Below the pieces are notes generated by a model, which saw only the letters and a program-made list of their open reading frames with translations, ran no database searches and was not told the origin of the DNA. The position numbers were made by a program, and so were the translations under genes. Shown here in pieces: positions 7,625 to 18,400 of a stretch of 40,863 nucleotides of DNA. The first letter of the stretch is position 1. Each line of letters opens with the position of its first letter. Origin of the DNA: a virus (taxonomy: Duplodnaviria > Caudoviricetes); IMG/VR virus record IMGVR_UViG_3300027571_000025, positions 1-40,863 of that record; one strand, given 5' to 3'.

Positions 7625-10047
7625 TGGATAAACCATCAGTTGTTATCTCTGCACTACCTTTTCCGGACCAAATGGCTCCAGATGAGGTTAAGGCTACATA
7701 TGAATATGGTCTAAAGGTAGGTAAAGCCATCGAAGGGGAATGGTTTAAGAGGAAGTCAAATTCAAGTAGATTCTATCAACAGTGGGGTGAGTTCCACCGT
7801 TTGAGACTATATGCTCGTGGAGAGCAACCAGTACAGAAGTATAAAGATGAGCTTGCCGTCAATGGTGACATATCTATGCTTAACCTTGACTGGACTCCTG
7901 TTCCTATCATCCCTAAGTTTGTTGATGTTGTTGTCAACGGAATGCTTGACAGACCATATACAGTAAAAGCTGAAGCTCAAGACGTAATGTCAGCTGAGAA
8001 GAAGAATATCTTTCAGGATATGATTGAGGCTGATATGGTTGCTAAGGATTTCCTTACATTGACACAAGAGCAGTTTGGCATTGATGCGTTTAATGTTAGC
8101 CCGGATGAACTTCCTGCTAACAATGAAGAGCTGTCATTATATATGCAGATGAACTACAAACCATCTGTAGAAATTGCTGAAGAGATTGCAATTGACACTG
8201 TAATGAAGATGAACGAGTATGAAGATATACTTCGTCTCTACTATTATGATGTCGCCACTTTAGGTATTGGTGTTGCTAAGCATGAGTTCCTTATTAATGA
8301 TGGTGTTAAAATTGAATACGTAGATCCGGCTAACTGGATACATAGTTATACTGAAAAGAATGACTTCTCTGATTGTTTCTATTTTGGAGAGGTTAAGCAA
8401 GTACATTATACAGAGCTTCTAAAAATGAATCCAAACTTAACGGATGAGGAGCTTACTGAAATTAAAAATGCTGGATCAGCATGGTATGACTACTTCCCTG
8501 TAGTTAGAAACTACCAAGACGATGCATTCTTAAATGAGGTTGTAACATTGTTGTATTTTAACTACAAGACACACAAGAAGTTTGTATGGAAGAAGAAGAT
8601 ACTTGATAATGGTGGTGAGCGAATTATTCGTAAAGAAGATACGTTCATGGCTCCAAATGGTGAATACTTTGAGGTAATTGAAGCAGTTCGTGACGTTTGG
8701 TATGAAGGTGTTCTTGTTGGTGGATCAAACATAATGATAAAGTGGGAGATGATGAAGAATATGGTTCGCCCTAAGTCTGCATCACAACGTGCACTTCCAA
8801 ACTATATTGCTTATGCTCCACGTTACTACAAAGGAAATATTGAGTCACTAGTTAGACGTATGATCCCATTCGCTGATCAGATTCAACTTACTCACTTAAA
8901 GTTACAGCAAGTAATGTCACGAATTGTACCTGACGGTGTATTCATCGATGCCGATGGTATCAATGAGGTTGACCTTGGTACTGGTGCAGCTTATAATCCT
9001 GAGGACGCTCTTAACTTATACTTCCAAACAGGTAGTGTTATTGGCCGATCTTATACCACAGAGGGTGAGTTTAATAACGCTCGTATTCCTATTCAGGAAC
9101 TTAATACAAATAGTGGTCAAGCTAAAATGGCTGCACTTATCGGCAACTACAACCACTACTTAAATATGATTCGTGATGTGACAGGTGTAAATGAGGTGCG
9201 TGACGCATCTACACCACATCCGGATGCATTAGTTGGTGTTCAAAAACTAGCAGCACTCAATTCAAATACAGCTACTCGACATATTCTAGACGCTGGTATC
9301 ATCACAACTAGACGTGTTGCTGAATGTGTTTCTATACGTATTGCTGATATATTAGAGTATTCTGACTTTGCTGAAGAGTTTGCTATGCAGATTGGTAAGT
9401 ACAATCTGTCAATACTACAAGATATAAATGAGCTATATCTGCATGACTTTGGTATCTTTATTGAGGTTGCGCCAGACGAAGAACAAAAGGCTCAACTAGA
9501 ATCTAATATTCAGATCGCATTACAGCAGCAGACAATTGATCTTGAGGATGCAATTGACATCCGTATGATCAATAATGTTAAGCTTGCTAATGAGATGCTT
9601 AAGATGAAGCGTCGCAAGCGAATGGAACAAAAGCAGAAAGAGAAAGAGATGGAGTTCCAAATGCAAATGCAAACAAACATCCAATCCTCTCAAGCAGCTG
9701 CTGAAGCCAAAGCACAGATCATTCAATTGGAAGGTCAAACCAAGGCACAGATCAAGCAGATGGAAGTTCAGGGTGACATTCAAAAGATGCAGGCAGAAGC
9801 TGAGCTCAAGAAAGAGCTAATGGCTATTGAGTTCCAATACAACTTGCAACTTAATGGCATGCAGATGCAAACATTAAAAGATCGTGAGGCTGAGAAAGAG
9901 AAGGCTAAGGACAAACGAGTTGACATACAGGCCACCCGTCAGTCTGAGCTAATCAATCAACGCCAAAACAACTTACCTCCTAAAAACTTTGAATCTACAG
10001 AGGATTCTCTTGATGGCTTCGATTTGGAGTCATTCGGGCCTAAATAA
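7624..10047 (+). CDS. Portal protein
   Basis: 807 aa after TerL; PIIPKFVDVVVNG and IRDVTGVNE portal-like motifs; Q/E/K coiled-coil C-terminal barrel. Confidence 0.88.
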   Translation: MDKPSVVISALPFPDQMAPDEVKATYEYGLKVGKAIEGEWFKRKSNSSRFYQQWGEFHRLRLYARGEQPVQKYKDELAVNGDISMLNLDWTPVPIIPKFVDVVVNGMLDRPYTVKAEAQDVMSAEKKNIFQDMIEADMVAKDFLTLTQEQFGIDAFNVSPDELPANNEELSLYMQMNYKPSVEIAEEIAIDTVMKMNEYEDILRLYYYDVATLGIGVAKHEFLINDGVKIEYVDPANWIHSYTEKNDFSDCFYFGEVKQVHYTELLKMNPNLTDEELTEIKNAGSAWYDYFPVVRNYQDDAFLNEVVTLLYFNYKTHKKFVWKKKILDNGGERIIRKEDTFMAPNGEYFEVIEAVRDVWYEGVLVGGSNIMIKWEMMKNMVRPKSASQRALPNYIAYAPRYYKGNIESLVRRMIPFADQIQLTHLKLQQVMSRIVPDGVFIDADGINEVDLGTGAAYNPEDALNLYFQTGSVIGRSYTTEGEFNNARIPIQELNTNSGQAKMAALIGNYNHYLNMIRDVTGVNEVRDASTPHPDALVGVQKLAALNSNTATRHILDAGIITTRRVAECVSIRIADILEYSDFAEEFAMQIGKYNLSILQDINELYLHDFGIFIEVAPDEEQKAQLESNIQIALQQQTIDLEDAIDIRMINNVKLANEMLKMKRRKRMEQKQKEKEMEFQMQMQTNIQSSQAAAEAKAQIIQLEGQTKAQIKQMEVQGDIQKMQAEAELKKELMAIEFQYNLQLNGMQMQTLKDREAEKEKAKDKRVDIQATRQSELINQRQNNLPPKNFESTEDSLDGFDLESFGPK

Positions 10048-10055
10048 ATAATTAT

Positions 10056-10063
10056 TAACTTTG
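10056..10063 (+). promoter_or_regulatory. Bacteroidota -7 promoter element (TAACTTTG) upstream of scaffold/capsid genes
   Basis: Matches TAnnTTTG; intergenic between portal and scaffold. Confidence 0.6.
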
Positions 10064-10079
10064 TTCAAAATTAAATTAA

Positions 10080-11207
10080 ATGGAAAGTGAATTTAAAGTG
10101 AGAGCTGTAGATTTCGAGGAGAAGTCTGTAGCTGAAAAAGAGGCAGAGCTTCTTGAAGGTTTGGAAGATCATACCGGAGATCAAGATACAGTAAAGATTG
10201 ACTTAACTGAAGAGCAACAACCTGTAGAAGAGCAACAAACTCAAGAGACAGATCAGGTACAAGAGCTAGATCTGGATGATAATAAAGTTCTTTCATATCT
10301 TGGTAAAAGATGGAACAAAGAGATTACATCTTTGGATGAATTAGTTCAAGAGCGAGAACAAGCTGAAGAACTACCTGAGGATGTCTCTGCGTTTCTGAAA
10401 TATAAAAGAGAAACAGGGCGTGGTATTGAAGACTTCATGAAGTTGAATGTCGATTACACCGCAATGGATGAAGATTCTTTACTTTATCAATATGCTAAAG
10501 AACAAAACCCAGAGCTTGATGCTGATGAGGTTAAGTTTGAGTTAGAGTCTAAGTTTTCATATGATGAAGACTTTGATGATGACAAGCAGATTAAGAAGGT
10601 AAAGCTAGAGAGAAAAAAAGAGCTCAATAAGGCTCGTGAGTATTTTAATAAGCTTAAAGAACAGTACAAGGTGCCACTTGAGTCAAGGGATTCCTTTGTT
10701 CCGCAAGAAGAAAAAGAAGCTTACGAATCTTATAAGCAATATAAACAAACCGCGACTAGCGAGCAAGAGGAGCAACAAAAGCGGTCTAAGTATTTCGCTG
10801 ACAAGACGAATGAATTATTTTCTGATAAGTTTGAAGGTTTCAAATTTAAAATTGATGAGGATAAGGCAGTAACGTTCAAGCCGGCAGATGCAAAGACACT
10901 CCTTAACGAGCAGTCTTCACTAAGCAACTTTGTAAATAAGTTCTTAAACGAAGAGGGTTACGTAAAGGATGCTGAGGTGTTCCATCGAGCAATAGCGATT
11001 GCTTCGAATCCCGAAAAGTTTGCAAAGTTCTTCTATGAGAAGGGTATGACAGAAGCTGTTGAGACAGTTTCTAAAGAGTCTAAAAATATTAACATGACTC
11101 GTCAAGCCACTCAGGTGACTAACAAAACTGACGGAACATTCCAAGTAAGAGCCGTAGAGTCTGGTTTCGGTAACAGATTAGTTATTAAACAAAAACCTAA
11201 AAACTAG
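10080..11207 (+). CDS. Putative capsid scaffolding protein
   Basis: Very acidic, helical protein between portal and major capsid genes. Confidence 0.7.
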   Translation: MESEFKVRAVDFEEKSVAEKEAELLEGLEDHTGDQDTVKIDLTEEQQPVEEQQTQETDQVQELDLDDNKVLSYLGKRWNKEITSLDELVQEREQAEELPEDVSAFLKYKRETGRGIEDFMKLNVDYTAMDEDSLLYQYAKEQNPELDADEVKFELESKFSYDEDFDDDKQIKKVKLERKKELNKAREYFNKLKEQYKVPLESRDSFVPQEEKEAYESYKQYKQTATSEQEEQQKRSKYFADKTNELFSDKFEGFKFKIDEDKAVTFKPADAKTLLNEQSSLSNFVNKFLNEEGYVKDAEVFHRAIAIASNPEKFAKFFYEKGMTEAVETVSKESKNINMTRQATQVTNKTDGTFQVRAVESGFGNRLVIKQKPKN

Positions 11208-11212
11208 AAAAA

Positions 11213-12634
11213 ATGGCTGGTACATTACAAGCGTCTCCGGGTGTAAATTTAACCCCAAGCGCAGTTAAGGCAACATTGCCTACAAACTACATTACTAACT
11301 TCGACTTCTTGAATCAGTATCTTCCTGATACATATGAGCAAGAATTCGAGCGCTATGGTAACCGTTCAATCGCATCTTTCTTGCGTATGGTTGGTGCCGA
11401 GCTTCCTACTAACTCTGACCTCATCAAATGGGCAGAACAAGGTCGTCTTCACACAAAGTATACCTCAGTTACTGCTGTTGGTGCTTCAGGTGGTCAAGAT
11501 AGTGTTACTTTTGATATCGGTACAGGAACTTGTGTTTTCCGTGTTGGTCAAACTGTATTCCTTTCTAACAATGCTTCTTCTACATCTTCTTATAAAGGTG
11601 TAATTACTGCACTTCCTGCTGCTGATCAATTTACTGTAGCATTCTATAATGCTGGTGGTATTGCTGCTGGTGATACTGGCGCTACATTCACTGCATTTGT
11701 TTACGGTTCTGAGTTCAAAAAAGGAACTGCTGGAATGGATGGTTCTTTAGAGTCTGAATCTTTATTCTTCCAAAACAAGCCAATTATCATCAAAGATAAG
11801 TACACTGTTGCTGGTTCTGATATGGCTCAAATTGGTTGGGTTGAAGTAACTACTGAGAATGGTGCTACTGGTTACTACTGGTACATGAAGTCTGAGCATG
11901 AGACTCGTCTACGTTACGAAGATTATCTTGAAATGGCAATGGTTGAAGGCGTTCCTGCTGAAACAGGTTCAGGAGCTGCTACTCAATTAGCTAACGGAGC
12001 TTACCCTGGAACACCTACAATTCAAAATGCTGGTACTGAAGGTATGTTCAATGCTATTGAAACTCGTGGTAACGTTTGGGCAGGTGGTAACCCATCTTCT
12101 TTAGGTGACTTCGATACAATCGTACAACGTCTTGATAAGCAAGGTGCTATCGCTGAGAACGTATTGTTCTTAAACCGTCAGTTCTCTTTTGACATCGACG
12201 ATATGTTGGCTGCTCAAAACTCTTACGGTGCTGGTGGTACTTCTTACGGATTGTTTGACAACAACGAGCAAATGGCTCTAAACCTTGGTTTCTCTGGATT
12301 CCGTCGTGGTTATGAGTTCTACAAGACTGACTGGAAATACCTTAACGACGCAACACTTCGTGGCGGTATCGTTGGTGGTGCTATCAATGGTGTTTTGGTT
12401 CCTGCTGGTACCATGACCGTTTACGATCAAGTACTTGGTAAGAATGCTAAGCGTCCTTTCCTTCACGTTCGTTACCGTGCTTCTGAAGCTGAAAACCGTC
12501 GTTACAAAACTTGGATGACTGGTTCTGCTGGTGGTGCACAAACTAGCGACCTTGATGCTATGGAAGTAAACTTCTTGTCAGAGCGTGCGCTTTGTACAAT
12601 GGGTGCTAACAACTTCTTTATCTTCAAAGGATAA
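11213..12634 (+). CDS. Major capsid protein (HK97 fold)
   Basis: 473 aa; strongly biased codon usage; IKWAEQGRLH E-loop-like motif; followed by a strong terminator; position after scaffold. Confidence 0.88.
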   Translation: MAGTLQASPGVNLTPSAVKATLPTNYITNFDFLNQYLPDTYEQEFERYGNRSIASFLRMVGAELPTNSDLIKWAEQGRLHTKYTSVTAVGASGGQDSVTFDIGTGTCVFRVGQTVFLSNNASSTSSYKGVITALPAADQFTVAFYNAGGIAAGDTGATFTAFVYGSEFKKGTAGMDGSLESESLFFQNKPIIIKDKYTVAGSDMAQIGWVEVTTENGATGYYWYMKSEHETRLRYEDYLEMAMVEGVPAETGSGAATQLANGAYPGTPTIQNAGTEGMFNAIETRGNVWAGGNPSSLGDFDTIVQRLDKQGAIAENVLFLNRQFSFDIDDMLAAQNSYGAGGTSYGLFDNNEQMALNLGFSGFRRGYEFYKTDWKYLNDATLRGGIVGGAINGVLVPAGTMTVYDQVLGKNAKRPFLHVRYRASEAENRRYKTWMTGSAGGAQTSDLDAMEVNFLSERALCTMGANNFFIFKG

Positions 12635-12649
12635 GAATACCAATAATAC

Positions 12650-12679
12650 GAGAGGGGTTTCGACCCCTCTCTATTTTTT
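12650..12679 (+). terminator. Intrinsic terminator after the capsid gene
   Basis: GAGAGGGGT-TTCG-ACCCCTCTC perfect 9-bp stem followed by TATTTTTT. Confidence 0.9.
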
Positions 12680-12699
12680 AATAATTTAAATTATATCAA

Positions 12700-13464
12700 A
12701 TGAAAAGAATAAAAATAGAGCCTAAGGATAGGACTTATTTGCTTAAAATGAAAAACTCTCCATTGAGCTATTTCATTGCACACAAAGACACACCACGTAA
12801 ACGTCTTCTTTATTATAATGAAGAGACCAATACAAATCACCCACTTCGCTACGCGCGAAATTCAAACACACCATTTCAAGAAGATCAAGATGCTAACGTT
12901 ATTGTTGAGCCAATTGTATTTGAGGATGGTAGATTAGATGTTCCAAAAAACAATCCTGTACTTCAAGAATTCTTACATTACCACCCAGGTAATGGAAGTG
13001 AATTTTATGAGTTTGATTCAGAAAGAGATGCACAAGAGGATGTTGATGATTTATTCTCTGAAATTGATGCATTGTTATTGGCTCGCGATTTAGCAGACAA
13101 AGACATTAATACATTAGAAGCAGTTGCTAGATTAGTACTTGGTGGTAATGTAGATAAGATGAGCTCTGCTGAAATCAAAAGAGACATGATGCTATTTGCT
13201 AAACGTTATCCTCAAGACTTCATGGAGGCTGCGTCTGATCCAATGCTTAAGATTAATAACTTTGCAGCTCGTGCATTTACGTCAGGATACCTCACATTCA
13301 GAGGAAACAAAGACATCCACTATAACTTCAAGGATAATAAGAAGCGTTTAATGACCGTTCCATTTGGTCATGACCATATCCACGCATTGGCTTCTCATTT
13401 GCAGTCTGACGAAGGATTAGAGCTATATAAATACCTAGAAGATAAGTTCTCAGAAAATGCTTAA
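12700..13464 (+). CDS. Conserved hypothetical protein downstream of the capsid gene (254 aa)
   Basis: ORF track; A-rich start context. Confidence 0.8.
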   Translation: MKRIKIEPKDRTYLLKMKNSPLSYFIAHKDTPRKRLLYYNEETNTNHPLRYARNSNTPFQEDQDANVIVEPIVFEDGRLDVPKNNPVLQEFLHYHPGNGSEFYEFDSERDAQEDVDDLFSEIDALLLARDLADKDINTLEAVARLVLGGNVDKMSSAEIKRDMMLFAKRYPQDFMEAASDPMLKINNFAARAFTSGYLTFRGNKDIHYNFKDNKKRLMTVPFGHDHIHALASHLQSDEGLELYKYLEDKFSENA

Positions 13465-13469
13465 CTTTG
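13462..13469 (+). promoter_or_regulatory. Bacteroidota -7 promoter element (TAACTTTG)
   Basis: Matches TAnnTTTG; overlaps the upstream stop; precedes the 92-aa gene. Confidence 0.5.
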
Positions 13470-13499
13470 GGTATTGTTTAACCCATTAATTTTTAGAAA

Positions 13500-13778
13500 A
13501 TGGAAAAGTTTTTATCTATCCCGGTTACCAGTGCTGGTAATCAATTAGTTTCAGTAACTAATGTTATTTTAGTTGATGCTGCTTCAGCTACTGCTACTGC
13601 TACTGCAATTACTTATGCTGGTGGTAAAGTTGTTACTTTAACACATGCTGCTCAAGTTGCGTTTAGTATGCGTGATGCAATCCAAACTGGAATTGCTAAT
13701 GCATTGCAAACATCTTGGACTAATCCAGTTTATGAAATTGCCGTTCCACAAGCTGTTAGTAACATTGATGTAGCTTAA
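13500..13778 (+). CDS. Small Ala/Thr-rich putative virion (decoration-like) protein
   Basis: Capsid-like codon bias; has its own promoter box and terminator. Confidence 0.7.
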   Translation: MEKFLSIPVTSAGNQLVSVTNVILVDAASATATATAITYAGGKVVTLTHAAQVAFSMRDAIQTGIANALQTSWTNPVYEIAVPQAVSNIDVA

Positions 13779-13800
13779 TCAATAGTAAACTACTACTAGA

Positions 13801-13830
13801 AAGGGCACTTCATATGGAGTGCCTTTTTTT
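13801..13830 (+). terminator. Intrinsic terminator
   Basis: AAGGGCACTT-CATATG-GAGTGCCTTT hairpin running into a T tract. Confidence 0.8.
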
Positions 13831-13833
13831 ATT

Positions 13834-13841
13834 TATCTTTG
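13834..13841 (+). promoter_or_regulatory. Bacteroidota -7 promoter element (TATCTTTG) for the tail operon
   Basis: Matches TAnnTTTG; immediately after the terminator. Confidence 0.6.
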
Positions 13842-13856
13842 TACAAAAGCAGTCAG

Positions 13857-14552
13857 ATGATCAATGACGTTCGAAATACCGTCCTATCAATAATTAGTAA
13901 AGAGAACCGTGGCTTTATTACGCCATTGGAATTTAATCTCTTTGCAAAGCAGGCGCAGCTTGAGATTTTTGAGCAGTATGTCTACAATTATAGCAATGCA
14001 ATCAATAAGCAGAACGCTCGAATGCATGGAGAGGGATACACAGATATACCAAAAAACATAGGTGAGGTAATTGATACTTTCTCTACATTTGCTGCTGCAA
14101 CTTATAATCCTTCTACTAGTAAGTTCAATTTTCCTCCTAACTACTATTTCTTAGATAAGCTTGTTTACAATAACTCAATAGAGATTGAAAAAGTTAGTCA
14201 TAGAAAGATATTGAATCTAGTAAATTCAAACCTTACGGCTCCAACGACAAAATACCCTGTATACACAATGGATGAGAATGGTTTATTAGTATATCCTACG
14301 ACTATTAACTCTAACGTTACTATACAATACTTGAGATTTCCAAAGGACCCTCAGTGGACCTATAATATTGTCAACAACGAACCTTTCTTCAATCCAAACT
14401 CAGCTACATACCAAGATTTTGAACTACCTTTAGATGACTTTGCTAATCTTGTTATAAAGATCCTTAGTTACGCAGGTGTCTCAATTAGAGAGCAGGATAT
14501 TGTACAGGCTGCTAAATCAGAGGAAATTCAAGACATTCAACAGAAACAATAA
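13857..14552 (+). CDS. Head-tail adaptor/tail ring protein (probable start MINDVR at 13857)
   Basis: Pattern GFITPLEFN...AQLEIF...LLVYP...YLRFPKDPQW...DFELP resembles podovirus/crAss-like tail tubular proteins. Confidence 0.7.
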   Translation: MINDVRNTVLSIISKENRGFITPLEFNLFAKQAQLEIFEQYVYNYSNAINKQNARMHGEGYTDIPKNIGEVIDTFSTFAAATYNPSTSKFNFPPNYYFLDKLVYNNSIEIEKVSHRKILNLVNSNLTAPTTKYPVYTMDENGLLVYPTTINSNVTIQYLRFPKDPQWTYNIVNNEPFFNPNSATYQDFELPLDDFANLVIKILSYAGVSIREQDIVQAAKSEEIQDIQQKQ

Positions 14553-15460
14553 TGGCATATATAACTAATTATCAGTACTATACCAATAACGGTAATGTCC
14601 CTGAAGATGCTAACTGGGGATCTTATCAGTATGTTACACTTGACTATATGGTCAATAACTTCATATTAAACTATGTTGGAAATGATAAGTTGATCAATAA
14701 TGTTGATAGGTATACCATTTTGTTTCATGCTAAAAGAGCTATTCAAGAAATAAACTACGATGCACTTAGAAACATTAAGGTTCTTGAGTTTGAGTTAGGT
14801 GATCAACTAAAATTGGTATTACCTCCTGACTACGTTAACTATGTTAGAATATCAATGCTTAGAGGTGGTGTATTATATCCACTTACTGAAGCTAGACAAA
14901 GCATTACAGCTACTGCATATCTTCAAGATAATAATGGTCAGATTGTTTTTGACTCAAATGGAGAAGTAGTCATTGGCGAGTCAAGATTAGATATCCTACG
15001 ACAAGAAAATAAGCTATATACAGGTCCTGGTGCATACTACAACCAATGGGGATGGGAGTATGACGGGGAGTGGTATTTTGGATATCCGATCGCACAGAAT
15101 TTTGGATTAAATACAGCAGACGCTAATATCAATCCAAAGTATTACATCAATAAAGCAGCTGGCGTAATTGACTTTACATCAGGTGTTGAGAACTCATATA
15201 TTGTACTTGAGTATATATCTGATGGTATGGAAAATGGAGATACTAGTGCTATTTCTATAAATAAATTGGCAGAAGAATATATTTACGCTTACTTAAAGTG
15301 GGCGCTACTTAATAATAAGTATGGTATTCAAGAGTATATTATTAATAGGGTAAGAAAGGAAAAAACAGCTGCCCTAAGAAATACCAAGATCAGATTAAGC
15401 AACATGCATCCAGGCCGCTTATTAATGGCAATGAGAGGCAAGGACAAATGGATTAAGTAA
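14552..15460 (+). CDS. Second tail ring/adaptor structural protein
   Basis: LPPDYVNYVRIS and LEYISDG motifs; position between adaptor and nozzle genes. Confidence 0.7.
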   Translation: MAYITNYQYYTNNGNVPEDANWGSYQYVTLDYMVNNFILNYVGNDKLINNVDRYTILFHAKRAIQEINYDALRNIKVLEFELGDQLKLVLPPDYVNYVRISMLRGGVLYPLTEARQSITATAYLQDNNGQIVFDSNGEVVIGESRLDILRQENKLYTGPGAYYNQWGWEYDGEWYFGYPIAQNFGLNTADANINPKYYINKAAGVIDFTSGVENSYIVLEYISDGMENGDTSAISINKLAEEYIYAYLKWALLNNKYGIQEYIINRVRKEKTAALRNTKIRLSNMHPGRLLMAMRGKDKWIK

Positions 15461-15462
15461 TT

Positions 15463-18400
15463 ATGGCTAACCTACAAAGAACATTTCTTGCCGGGAGAAT
15501 GAATAAAGACCTCGATGAGAGGTTGCTACCGGATGGTGAATACCGTGATGCTGTTAATATAACTATTGACACGTCTGAAGGATCTAATATTGGGGCTGTT
15601 CAGAATGCCTATGGTAACTTAAAGATTGCAGATGTTAAGCAAATAATAGAAAACCAAGGGATAACAATAACGCAGCCACTTGTAACTATAGGAGCGGTAG
15701 CAAATGAATCTACAAACGTGTTATATTGGTTTGTTACTGGACTTGAGTTTGAGGGTATATTTGAGTACAATCAAATTACAGGTTCAACTGTTATGGTGCT
15801 TGGTAGTACAAGTAATCAGTTAGGACTTGATGAGAATCACTTAATTACAGGTGTTAACTTCATTACTGATGGTGCTGGTGGTGGTTTCCTTCTATGGACA
15901 GACAATTTAAACCAACCACGCAAGATAAATATAAATAGATGTAAGACATATTCTATTGATGATCCACGAATTGATTTAGATATCAATCTAATAGTTGCAC
16001 CACCTCTTAATTCTCCATTTATATCTTTAAAGACTTTATTAGATCCAAACATTAATCCAAATAACATTGAGGATAAGTTTGTATACTTTAGTTATCGATA
16101 TAAGTATTTAGACAATGAATACTCAGCAATGTCCCCATTATCTGCTGTTGCGTTTAATCCTAAAAAGCTTTTAATTGATAGCGATACCGGTGAAAATAAA
16201 GGTATGCTTAATCAATTTAATCAAGCAGAGGTTATATTTGAGACTGGTAATGAGTTTGTTAAGGAGATTCAGCTATTAGTTTGGGAGTCAAGAACTCTTA
16301 ACGTAAAGATTGTTGAAACATTAAATAAAGAAGAAATAGGCATACAAGATAACTCTACTTATAGTTTTATCTTCATGAATAATAAAACATATGCCGCTCT
16401 TCCTTCAGATCAGGTCACTCGATTGTTTGATAATGTTCCGTTAAAGGCATTAGCACAAGATATAATTGGAAGTAGATTAATATTTGGTAATTATACTCAG
16501 TTTAGAGATTTAATTGATACTAATAACGACTTTATAGATGTTAACTATACTGTTAATTATGATTCAAGTCCTGTAACTGGTTTACCAAAACAAACGTGGA
16601 GAAGCGATCGTGATTATGAGATTGGAATTGCATACCTAGATGATTATGGCAGGATGACAACTGTCTTGACTACATCCTCAGACAATACAGGTAATAATCA
16701 ATCAAACTCTGTATATATACCGTCAGATAATTCTGACACATCCAACTACTTAGTTGTAAACGTAAAGAACAAGGCACCTGAATGGGCAACTGGTTATAGA
16801 TTCTTTGTTAAGCAGTCTAAAACTGAATATTATAATATCTTTCCAGTTACATTTATAAAAAATGGTTCTTACAGATATTTTTTAATTAATGAGGCTGATA
16901 GAGATAAAATAAAGGTAAATGGATATATTATATTTAAGTCATCTTCTGGTTCTGCTACTCATTCAAACAAGAAATTTAAAGTTCTTGAGCTTGAGTATAA
17001 AGCAGCTGGATTTAATAATATATCAGGAGCTTTAGAAGGTCTTTACTTTAAAATCAAAGCTGATGCGTCTGATGCTTTCTTAAATGTAAGTGGGCAACAG
17101 ATTTTTAATTTTGATGGTTCTGGTAGGGGTTTAAGAACACCTGTATTAAATAGGTCGCAACATGTTGATACAGCTTACTATAGCTATACTGGTGATAATA
17201 CAATAACTCCAACAGCACAAGATGTAACAGCTACAGTTATTTCAACTTCTGATTTTAGGATTAATGTAGAGATACTCCCAAATGATGAATTCAGATGGAC
17301 TTCAAATTTAGCATTATCAACTTGGTCTGCTAATATTCCGATTCCATTTGGAGGTATCTATAGTTATGCAACAACTGCAATTACATTAGGATTAAATTTT
17401 GCCAATACTTCTTATAATGTTGGTGATAGGTGGGTTTTTAATGTTAGGGGGTATGGAAATTTAGCAGGAACTCCTAGTTATCCTTATGTTGGTTATGGAT
17501 TAGGCTCTTCACTTAACTCTTCTTACGGGGGTGGATCTATACTAAAAGGACCTGGAGCTATATTCCCAGGTGCTATTATAGAATTAGAGATTTTATTTGA
17601 CTCTGCTCCACAAAACCCAACTGGTGGCACAGGAGTTCAGTCATTCACTTCTAATAATTACTATAAAAATCTAGAAGAGTGGTTCTATGAATCAGGTGCT
17701 TATGCATTATATATTCAATATAATCCATCAGGTACAAACGTGGGCGCACGTGGTGTTACATTTAGATATGGAATAAACTATCAAAATACAGGTAACCCAT
17801 TAAGTAATCAAATAGATCAGTCTAACTTTGGAGGTGATATTTATATGATTATACAAGGTTTTAATGATGGATCGAATAGTTCACTAAATGAGATAAAGAC
17901 AAGACTAAAAGTAACTCAGACTCCTACTAGTAATAGTATTTCTGCTGAAACTGTACCAGCAAATGATGACACTGATATCTACTATGAAATGAGTAGAACA
18001 TATCCAATTGTCAATGGTAATCATATAGCGTTATGGAAATATGATAGATGTGTTGCAAACGGAAGTAATGTATATTTAGTTCAGGATTCACACACTCAGC
18101 CACACTACTTTGAAGACGGGCAATCAGTTTACGTTACAGCGCCTAACATACCTGCTGGTTTTTATAATGTTGTTAGCATACCTGATCGATATACTATAGA
18201 GATTAACTACGCAGCTTCAACTGCTGCTATTCCAGGAGGTGTTTCAGATAATGATTTGGATCAAGACCAAACAAGTGCGCTTAATCCTGCTGTTGTTGTA
18301 TTGAATAATGCCAATAACAAAAACTCAGACTATAATGCTTATTGCTATGGTAATGGTATAGAGTCAAACAGAATTCTTGATGGATTCAATCAACCATGGT